Shown here piece by piece: positions 9,955 to 17,450 of a DNA stretch of 64,000 nt (position 1 is the stretch's first letter; each line of letters starts with the position of its first letter). The notes under the pieces are model-generated. The model was not told the origin of the DNA. It was given only the letters and a program-made list of their open reading frames with translations, and did no database searches. The position numbers and the translations under genes are program-made. The stretch comes from Bacillota bacterium. Lineage in GTDB: Bacteria > Bacillota > SHA-98 > UBA4971. The DNA is taken from positions 2,308 through 66,307 of the forward strand of contig DAOSZN010000010.1 of assembly GCA_035593725.1 (NCBI GenBank), in the 5' to 3' direction.

Positions 9955-11370
9955 GTGGCAAGTATGTCCAAGATTCTCATTCGCGGCGGTCAAGTTGTTA
10001 CCATGAACGAGAAACAAGAAATCCTGGAACATGCTGATATCTTGATTGACGGACGCGTAATTGCCTCTGTAACGCCAATGAGTGAGGGGTCCGGAGGGTC
10101 AAAAGATATGTCGGGAGAAGGCTGTGAGAGCAGCACACGCCTTCATGATGTTGACATGATTATCAATGCGCGGGATAAAGTCGTCATGCCGGGCTTTATT
10201 CAGTCCCATGTCCATCTTTGCCAGACCCTTTTTCGCGGCCAGGCAGATGATCTTGAGCTTATGGATTGGTTGAAGCTTCGCATATGGCCACTGGAGGGTG
10301 CGCATGACGAGGACAGTATTTATTGGTCTGCAATGCTGGGAATCACTGAGCTGATTAAAGGTGGGACTACCTCCATCATTGACATGGAGACCGTCCATCA
10401 CACAGACAGAGCGTTTTCCGCTATTGACGATTCCGGAATTCGTGCCACATCAGGCAAGGTCATGATGGACTACGGGGATGATGTGCCTCCTACACTCATG
10501 GAGTCCACAAAGGATTCATTGAATGAGAGCGAGGCGCTGATGAACAAATGGCACATGCATGACGGAGGCAGGATTAGATACGCTTTTGCGCCGAGGTTCG
10601 TCGTGTCCTGTACAGATCAGCTCCTTGTCCGTGTGCGAGATATGGCGAAGGCCTCCGGTGTACTTGTCCATACCCATGCTTCTGAGAACAAGGGAGAGAT
10701 TGAAGTTGTTATGGCAGACAGGGGCATGAGGAACATCAAGTGCTTAAAGGAACTTGGGCTCTTAGGCCCCGGTGTTGTGCTGGCTCACTGCATTTGGCTG
10801 GATGATGAGGAGATGGAGCTTCTCAGGGATTCCGGGACAAAAGTAGTTCACTGTCCGTCCTCGAACCTTAAGCTTGCTTCAGGTGTGGCAAAAATCCCGG
10901 AAATGCTGGATATAGGTATCCATGTGTCGTTGGGCGCTGACGGAGCGCCGTGTAACAATAACTTGGATGTATTTCAGGAAATGAGACTTGCAGCTTTAAT
11001 CCACAAACCCCGTCTGGGACCTACTGCAATGCCTGCCGGGACAGTCCTGGAAATGGCGACGAAAGGCGGGGCCAAGGCTATGGGAATTGAGGATGAGGTC
11101 GGCAGCATAGAGCCGGGGAAACGCGCGGATATCATCATTCTCGACTTGAATCAGGCGCATGCTGCGCCCACTCAAAATGTAGACCTCATATCCCGCATAG
11201 TATATGAGGCTTCTTCAGCTGATGTTGAGACTACGATTGTCGATGGCCGTGTGCTGATGCATCAGAGGAAACTTACTGCCATCAGTGAGCAAGAAGTGGT
11301 GCGTGAGGCTAACAAAGCCTTAGAAAGAGCGCTCAGACGTTCCGGGTGTGCTCCGTCTGGCGAGAGATGA
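9955..11370 (+). CDS. Amidohydrolase, MtaD (5-methylthioadenosine/S-adenosylhomocysteine deaminase) family
   Basis: HVHLCQT (HxH), HTHASE, HCPSSNLKLASG, LGADGAPCNNNLDVFQEMRLAALI closely parallel the TM0936/MtaD family; start GTG 9955 or ATG 9964. Confidence 0.7.
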   Translation: MASMSKILIRGGQVVTMNEKQEILEHADILIDGRVIASVTPMSEGSGGSKDMSGEGCESSTRLHDVDMIINARDKVVMPGFIQSHVHLCQTLFRGQADDLELMDWLKLRIWPLEGAHDEDSIYWSAMLGITELIKGGTTSIIDMETVHHTDRAFSAIDDSGIRATSGKVMMDYGDDVPPTLMESTKDSLNESEALMNKWHMHDGGRIRYAFAPRFVVSCTDQLLVRVRDMAKASGVLVHTHASENKGEIEVVMADRGMRNIKCLKELGLLGPGVVLAHCIWLDDEEMELLRDSGTKVVHCPSSNLKLASGVAKIPEMLDIGIHVSLGADGAPCNNNLDVFQEMRLAALIHKPRLGPTAMPAGTVLEMATKGGAKAMGIEDEVGSIEPGKRADIIILDLNQAHAAPTQNVDLISRIVYEASSADVETTIVDGRVLMHQRKLTAISEQEVVREANKALERALRRSGCAPSGER

Positions 11371-11422
11371 TGGAATGGGCAGGTTGACGGAATGATTTTG
11401 CTTGCTGCGGATGTGATGTATT

Positions 11423-12175
11423 GTGTTGACTTGTGAGGAAGAGGCACGCTATGCGAGGCAGATTGTGATTCATCAGATCGGCAAGGAAGGGCAGGAGAAA
11501 TTGAAGTCGTCAAAGGTTCTTGTTGTCGGTGCAGGCGGGTTAGGATCTCCTTCCGCCATGTACTTGGCATGCGCAGGTGTGGGCACAATCGGCCTTGTAG
11601 ATGATGACACAGTCAGTATTTCCAATTTGCAGCGACAGATCCTCCATGATTCAGACAGCCTTGGGATGAAGAAGGTGGAATCAGCCAAGAGGACACTTGA
11701 ACGTCTTAACCCCCATGTGTGTGTAGAGACCTATGATACGAGACTTTCGAGAGAATGCGTAAAAGACATAATCGCCGGGTACGACCTGGTGGTGGATGCA
11801 GTGGATAACCTGAAAACAAGGTGCCTGGTGAACGATACTTGTCAAGAACTGAAAAAACCCTTGATAGAAGCCGGGGTAATGCACTTTGACGGGATGATTC
11901 TTACCATATTGCCTGGGAAAGGCCCATGCTTTAGGTGTGTCTTCCCGTCTCCTCCGCCGGAGGATGCAGCCGGGAAGGCCGGCGGGACCGGCATATTCGG
12001 AGCAATTCCCGGCATAGTCGGTTGTATGGAGGCTGTCGAGGCAGTGAAGGTTCTTCTTGACATAGGAAACCCCCTTGTCGGGAGACTGCTCTTATTCAGC
12101 GGTTTGGACATGACCTGGAATGAAATCAAGGTATCTCAGAATCCTGATTGCCCGGTTTGCGGTAAGGTGTCTTAG
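11423..12175 (+). CDS. ThiF/MoeB/HesA-family adenylyltransferase (E1-like)
   Basis: ARYARQI, VLVVGAGGLGSP nucleotide-binding motif, CxxC...CPVCG zinc motif. Confidence 0.8.
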   Translation: MLTCEEEARYARQIVIHQIGKEGQEKLKSSKVLVVGAGGLGSPSAMYLACAGVGTIGLVDDDTVSISNLQRQILHDSDSLGMKKVESAKRTLERLNPHVCVETYDTRLSRECVKDIIAGYDLVVDAVDNLKTRCLVNDTCQELKKPLIEAGVMHFDGMILTILPGKGPCFRCVFPSPPPEDAAGKAGGTGIFGAIPGIVGCMEAVEAVKVLLDIGNPLVGRLLLFSGLDMTWNEIKVSQNPDCPVCGKVS

Positions 12176-12554
12176 CGAATATGCGGAAGGCGTTTCTTGG
12201 CCTTTCTTTATCTGTCCTATTCTCCACCACTTGAGCGCTGATCCGCAGTGGAGGATAGGACGTCTCTGCTTTCAGTGGAGATCATTCCATCTTCATCCTT
12301 CATCATCAGCATGATCGTATGTGGGTGCTATTTGATGATGCATACAGGAAGACTTCTTAAGATTCACGTCGTGAGCAAGAGCACATTGACATTGCCATAA
12401 GGGCGTGATAAAGTAGACATATAATCCAGATTATGGAATTCATTCATAATAATGTATAATATGTGTTTGCAGGTATGTGTTATCTAAGCATGAAAGGCAA
12501 AATTGAGAGGCCGGTGGGCGTCTTTGGCAACTGCTTTGTGGAGGGGGAAGCGAT

Positions 12555-13037
12555 ATGGATAAGCTGAAAGTCATTCTGGTCCATGATGGTTCAAGCGGAA
12601 GCGGGGCAAGTCCGGATCCGGATGCCCTCCCTGAAGGCATAGAGGTTGTGGGGAGTCTTAGGATAGAAGGATTTGGCGGAAGAGGAGGTCCTCGCGACGC
12701 GAGGCAACTAATCTCAGGTAAGGCCGGTCCGAATATCGGCGTAGAAGAAAGTCTTGCCGGGTCAGCCGAAAAAAGTCGAAAGCATGAGTCGTCCCGGCAA
12801 GCATTTCTACCGAATGCCCATGAAGAAATCGAGGATCGTCCGGTAAGCCTTACCAGGACAGAATTGGAAGTGCTGAGACTATTGGTCAAAGGCCAGCAGA
12901 ATAAGGAAATCGCTGATGAAATGTTTATCAGTGTCAATACCGTCAAGAGCCATGTGTCCAGCATTCTCAGGAAGCTGCGCGTAAAGAATCGGGCCCAAGC
13001 TGTGAGATATGTGTACAAGTGCGGTTTGTGGCAATGA
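12555..13037 (+). CDS. LuxR-family HTH transcriptional regulator with degenerate N-terminal domain
   Basis: C-terminal LTRTELEVLRLLVKGQQNKEIADEMFISVNTVKSHVSSILRKL (LuxR/FixJ HTH). N-terminus is Gly/Ser-rich and lacks clear receiver residues. TGnTATAAT extended -10 about 90 nt upstream. Confidence 0.7.
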   Translation: MDKLKVILVHDGSSGSGASPDPDALPEGIEVVGSLRIEGFGGRGGPRDARQLISGKAGPNIGVEESLAGSAEKSRKHESSRQAFLPNAHEEIEDRPVSLTRTELEVLRLLVKGQQNKEIADEMFISVNTVKSHVSSILRKLRVKNRAQAVRYVYKCGLWQ

Positions 13038-13217
13038 CGTGTGCTGCCCGACAGACTTCATAAATCGTTCCCTTGAGCCTAAAAAAGTCGTCCCTATGGG
13101 GAATGGCGGATCCTCTCAATACAAGCTAGACTGGAATTGCCAGAGACAACCTGAGCCGGCCCAGGCGCTATAGTACAAAGTTCGCCCGCTTGAAAGGCGG
13201 GGAAGGGGGTGCGCCAC

Positions 13218-13319
13218 ATGTACGGTAAGCTCGGCGGAAAGAAGATGAGATTTGACCTTGCAATCGATGGGTTTTGCTTTACCTTTAGGCTGTGGGGTCA
13301 TCGTATAACTATCGGCTAA
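13218..13319 (+). CDS. Candidate RiPP precursor peptide (33 aa: MYGKLGGKKMRFDLAIDGFCFTFRLWGHRITIG)
   Basis: Strong SD GGAAGGGGGTG 7 nt before ATG; immediately upstream of the rSAM/SPASM gene; followed by an 8-bp hairpin at 13339-13369. No homology claim. Confidence 0.25.
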   Translation: MYGKLGGKKMRFDLAIDGFCFTFRLWGHRITIG

Positions 13320-13435
13320 GGCCGCAGGGTGGGGTAGGCGGCAGACTCAAATGGGTTGCGGGTCTGCCGTCTGCTTACCTAAATCGCCGGGGAGATTTGC
13401 CCAGTGGAAACATAGTCGCGGTACGCGATGCGGAA

Positions 13436-14791
13436 ATGGGGGGAGTGGCGTTGGATCGGCACGTGGTCACCATTGCAAAAGGGATAGAAGTTGTGGAACA
13501 TGAAGGCCAACGGGTTCTCATAAACCCTGCTAACCGTGAGTGGATAAAACTTGCGGACTACGCATATGAGCTTGTTTTGAATCCGGAAGGGAAACCCGTG
13601 CGACAGTTGGTTCTTGATGAGGCTTTGCAAACCGGGGCAGAACCCGAGACTATTAAGAGTCTCTTTCACTATTTGAAGGAATACGGGTTTCTGGCTGAAA
13701 TCACTGATATGGTGACCCTTGCCCGTGCCTATCTCAATGTAACTGCGAGATGTAATCTAGCATGTCCTATGTGTTACTTTGCAAGTAATGACTCACCCGG
13801 GTATGACGAATTGTCTTGTGAAGCATTATTCCTGACCATTGATGCCTTATCCGAGGCCGGGGTCAGCAATCTTGCGATAAGCGGAGGCGAGCCGTTGCTC
13901 TTGCCGGATTTCCGCGACATATTGGATTATTCTACGAAGAAGTTCCCCATAATAACTATTCTCACAAATGGAACACTGATTACCCAGGAAGACGCAAGAC
14001 ATATATCAAAGGCCAATGCAAGGGTACAAGTAAGCATTGAATCCGCCAATCCACAGGTTCATGACGGTATTCGCGGGCCGGGCAGCTTCAATAGGGCAAT
14101 TGAAGGCGTTAAGATGCTGCTCAGGGCAGGAGTACATAACGTCGAGATCGTTCAAACTCTTACAAGAGACAGTATTCGCGAATCCAGAGGAGTTATTGAA
14201 TTAGCCGGAGCGCTGGGTGTAACCTATCATTTCAGTCTGTTCCTGCCCGTAGGCAGGGGCATATGCCACATGGGCGACATGGAGATCACCACAGATGAAT
14301 TGTTGAGACACTTCTTCAGGGTGTGTGACGCATCTCTTGAACGAAGACGGGAAGGGGAATTTCAGGCGCCTGACTTAAGTGATCTGACGTCTCCTTTTGA
14401 ACTCATTGTAAAGGAGCGATGCGGCGCAGGTAGTTCCATTATCAGCATAGAGCCTGACGGTAAGGTGTATCCTTGCCCTGTGCTGCATACCGAGGGTATG
14501 GCCTTAGGAAAACTGCCTGATGAGCCGGTATGGGAAATTGTGAGACGAGGCAGGCGCAAGATGCCTGATGTCACCCGACTTCCTGGGTGTTCAGACTGCG
14601 ATGTAGCTTTCTTCTGCGGAGGAGGGTGTCGTGCAAGGGCGTTCGCTCATACCGGCGATGTGTTTTCGAAAGATCCGTATTGCCGGTTCTATCAGCGTGT
14701 CTTACCGGCTTTTCTTTGGGAGTGGCGGGAAGACAGAGCTTTTTCCGACAACATGGAAGCGATCTTGTCCTCTGTTGGGAAAGGAGAATAA
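13436..14791 (+). CDS. Radical SAM/SPASM-domain peptide-modifying enzyme with N-terminal RRE(PqqD-like) extension
   Basis: CNLACPMCY (Cx3Cx2C), C-terminal SPASM Cys clusters (CGAG..., CPV..., GCSDCDVAFFCGGGCRARAF), ~100 aa N-terminal extension ending ...YGFLAEI resembling a PqqD-like RRE. Longest ORF starts at 13292 but that N-terminus looks non-coding (R/G-rich). Confidence 0.8.
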   Translation: MGGVALDRHVVTIAKGIEVVEHEGQRVLINPANREWIKLADYAYELVLNPEGKPVRQLVLDEALQTGAEPETIKSLFHYLKEYGFLAEITDMVTLARAYLNVTARCNLACPMCYFASNDSPGYDELSCEALFLTIDALSEAGVSNLAISGGEPLLLPDFRDILDYSTKKFPIITILTNGTLITQEDARHISKANARVQVSIESANPQVHDGIRGPGSFNRAIEGVKMLLRAGVHNVEIVQTLTRDSIRESRGVIELAGALGVTYHFSLFLPVGRGICHMGDMEITTDELLRHFFRVCDASLERRREGEFQAPDLSDLTSPFELIVKERCGAGSSIISIEPDGKVYPCPVLHTEGMALGKLPDEPVWEIVRRGRRKMPDVTRLPGCSDCDVAFFCGGGCRARAFAHTGDVFSKDPYCRFYQRVLPAFLWEWREDRAFSDNMEAILSSVGKGE

Positions 14792-14797
14792 ACAGCG

Positions 14798-15547
14798 GTG
14801 ACTGCGCTGACTTATGTCCTTCTCGGGATCTCACTTGTGGTAAGGCTTTTTGTGTCTTCGGAAGCCTGCAAGCGAAATGACGCGACAGATGCTACAACTT
14901 CAGTGGTTTTTCTCTCATTGATCTCCGCCGGGATTATACACCGGGGAGATCCCCTGGACATATACGGCCTTAGCTTGTCATCGTTATTCAGGTGTTCTTG
15001 GACTGCCATATTTCTTCTATGGGCAACCGCATTTACCATAGGCAGAGTGGCAAATGCTTTGATTCTTCATCCCGGCACAGGTTTTGAAGAGATGTTGGCA
15101 AGAGGGCATGCAAGCCCGGGTGGGGTTTATCTTTCTTTGAAAGATTACCCGAACCTCTGCGGGCTGATGTTAGGGGTACCTATGATATGGTCCCAGACCT
15201 TCATGGAGGAGTTCATATTCCGAGGGTTATTAGTCTCACTGGGCAAATGGTTCTATGGCTTGTTGGGGATATCAGAGCCTTTTGCCGGTTTTCTCAGTAT
15301 TATAGGTTCTGCGATTATGTTTGGGCTCGTTCATTTTGTCCCTGCATTTTACCGTTTAAGGGGAAAGAGCATCCTGATCCCGCTATATGCGTTTATCATG
15401 CCGACTACACTTGGGATGATTTTTTCCTTGCTGAACCGGGTGTCATATTCCCTTTGGTCCGGGTGGATTGTGCACTTCGGCCTGAACTATGCAGGGTTTA
15501 TGTGGGACAGGATATCAGGAAAATGGGAGGCGTATGGCCCGGCGTAA
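14798..15547 (+). CDS. CPBP-family (CAAX protease / Abi) intramembrane metalloprotease
   Basis: Motif 1 EEFIFRG (EExxxR), motif 2 FGLVHF (FxxxH), motif 3 HFGLN (HxxxN); multi-TM. Confidence 0.8.
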   Translation: MTALTYVLLGISLVVRLFVSSEACKRNDATDATTSVVFLSLISAGIIHRGDPLDIYGLSLSSLFRCSWTAIFLLWATAFTIGRVANALILHPGTGFEEMLARGHASPGGVYLSLKDYPNLCGLMLGVPMIWSQTFMEEFIFRGLLVSLGKWFYGLLGISEPFAGFLSIIGSAIMFGLVHFVPAFYRLRGKSILIPLYAFIMPTTLGMIFSLLNRVSYSLWSGWIVHFGLNYAGFMWDRISGKWEAYGPA

Positions 15548-16395
15548 GGTATTTGGGGGGATGGGTTACGTCTTATGTAGAGTTTTCCGATGTAACAAAG
15601 GTATATAGGGATTTCCGGGGTAGGCCTGTGGCCACTGGAATAGAGGGGCTTTCCTTTTCTATCCGGGAGGGGGAGACATTGGCGCTCCTCGGGCCTAACG
15701 GGTCAGGCAAGACTACAGTCATCAAGCTTCTTGCAGGCCTTCTAATTCCCACTTCAGGAAGGATCACAGTCGGTGGGGTCGATGTGATCCAAAATCCCAG
15801 GAAAGCATTGGAAAATGTGGGTGTAATGCTTGGTGACGCGCGTTCAATTTACTGGAGGCTCACTGCGCAAGATAATCTGGAGTACTTTGGTGCGCTAAGG
15901 GGAGTTTGCGGCAAGAAGTTACGGGAACGCATAGGGGCTTTGGCAAGGCTGTTGGATTTCGAAAGCGTTTTGACCAGGCGTGTGGGAGAGCTGTCCCGCG
16001 GTATGCGCCAGAGACTGCTTCTTGCCATAGCGCTGCTGCCTAATCCGCGCCTATTGATACTGGATGAACCTACATTCGGGCTTGATGTGCTATCCAGACA
16101 TGAGATCCGACGACTCCTTCGTGAAATCGTATCAACAAAACACTGCGCCATTGTTATCGCTACGCATCAGATGGAGGAAGCTGAGGAACTTGCCGGCCGC
16201 GTTTGTATCCTCAGGCGAGGCAAGGCAGTGGCTCTGGATACCGTGGAAGGTTTGACAAGGAAGATAAACGGGGCGAGAGACGGTCAGGTTGCATCATCGC
16301 TTTTGCTTGAGGAGGTATTCCTCGAGGTGACGAGGGAAGAAAGCAAAGGAAGGGCGGAAGTATTTCATGACAGGGCCGGCTATCCTTTGGGCTGA
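15523..16395 (+). CDS. ABC transporter ATP-binding protein
   Basis: Walker A GPNGSGKTT, ABC signature LSRGMRQR, Walker B LLILDEPT; overlaps CPBP gene end. Confidence 0.85.
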   Translation: MGGVWPGVRYLGGWVTSYVEFSDVTKVYRDFRGRPVATGIEGLSFSIREGETLALLGPNGSGKTTVIKLLAGLLIPTSGRITVGGVDVIQNPRKALENVGVMLGDARSIYWRLTAQDNLEYFGALRGVCGKKLRERIGALARLLDFESVLTRRVGELSRGMRQRLLLAIALLPNPRLLILDEPTFGLDVLSRHEIRRLLREIVSTKHCAIVIATHQMEEAEELAGRVCILRRGKAVALDTVEGLTRKINGARDGQVASSLLLEEVFLEVTREESKGRAEVFHDRAGYPLG

Positions 16396-17149
16396 ACTGA
16401 AAAGAGGTATGAAAAACCACTTGGCATATCCGGTTCAGGCTGCGTGTGAAATCATTACCGTGATATTCATTGCAATAGTCATACCGTCATTTACGGAAGG
16501 GTCTTTTCCCAGGGGCATCTCAGGCGTTGCGGTGGAAAGGCCGGAAAAGATCACTGCGTTTATCATGGTTTTTATTGCGCTCATCGGTCTTCAGATTGTC
16601 CATCGGGTGGTGAGGGAAGAGTCAGATCTTGGAACCCTTGAGCAATTGTGCCTTTCGCCCATTGGGTTGCCTTCTCTCATAATGTTCCGTTGTGCTGCTG
16701 ACACCATCAGGATGGCGCCGATTGTCCTAATAGTCGCAGGGATGGTTTCACCGCGTCAACAACTGGGCCAAATCCTTGTTATGGTGCCTGTGATCATCTT
16801 CTTCATGAACATAGGTATGCTTGGAATGGGTTTTTTGCTGGGTTCTCTTACGCTTGTTGCCAAACGCACCGGATTCATCCCGAACCTGGCAAGCCTTGCC
16901 TTATTACCGTTTGCCTTGTCTCCTTCCGGTGAAATGCCGTACATACTGAAAATTGCAGGCTCGATCGTGCCTTTTGCCCATGGGGTCAGATTAATGGAGC
17001 CTACGCTTAAAGGCTCTCCTGTTGCCTTATGGATACCGGATCTTCTCAAGCTGTGCCTTTTGAGTTGTTCATGGCTTATCCTTGGTATCCGGTGTTTCGT
17101 CATGGCTGAAAGATTTGCCAGACAGAGGGGGCTGCTTGGGAAACACTGA
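16367..17149 (+). CDS. ABC-2-type transporter permease
   Basis: 6-TM hydrophobic protein overlapping the ATPase gene by 29 nt. Confidence 0.6.
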   Translation: MTGPAILWAELKRGMKNHLAYPVQAACEIITVIFIAIVIPSFTEGSFPRGISGVAVERPEKITAFIMVFIALIGLQIVHRVVREESDLGTLEQLCLSPIGLPSLIMFRCAADTIRMAPIVLIVAGMVSPRQQLGQILVMVPVIIFFMNIGMLGMGFLLGSLTLVAKRTGFIPNLASLALLPFALSPSGEMPYILKIAGSIVPFAHGVRLMEPTLKGSPVALWIPDLLKLCLLSCSWLILGIRCFVMAERFARQRGLLGKH

Positions 17150-17175
17150 AAAAGATTCGGCAAAGGGGGATTCTC

Positions 17176-17379
17176 TTGAGTTCTGATTCTTTGGAATTTG
17201 GGCTGATGCAAGCATGCCTTAGTTTGAGCCGAATATGCGCAAAGGAAGCAATATGGGTTAATTCGCCCGGTTCCAAATTGACCCTTATTCAACACGCAAT
17301 CTGCTTCTTGGATATCGCCTGCCAATTCAAGTCTTCTACTAATAGCAGACTGTTTGCTGTTGGGCGCATTGCGAAGTAG
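17176..17379 (+). CDS. Small Cys-containing ORF (67 aa), alternative precursor/immunity candidate
   Basis: TTG start with AAGGGGGA SD 5 nt upstream, immediately after the ABC permease; 4 Cys; no motif. Confidence 0.2.
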   Translation: MSSDSLEFGLMQACLSLSRICAKEAIWVNSPGSKLTLIQHAICFLDIACQFKSSTNSRLFAVGRIAK

Positions 17380-17450
17380 CAGGAATCGACTCCCCGTTAG
17401 AGAAGAAACAGAGTAAGATTTTTCTGCGCCTGAACAACGGGGGGAACAGA

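Noticed and set aside
13096-13173. 26-codon ORF MGNGGSSQYKLDWNCQRQPEPAQAL upstream of the candidate precursor
   Set aside because: No ribosome-binding site and no Cys pattern or positional logic; kept only as a remote alternative.
13292-13435. Longest-ORF N-terminal extension of the rSAM/SPASM gene
   Set aside because: Its translation (GSSYNYRLRPQGGVGGRLKWVAGL...) is R/G-rich and unlike protein sequence. It overlaps the SD-led microORF in another frame, and a plausible in-frame ATG at 13436 gives a normal RRE-containing N-terminus.
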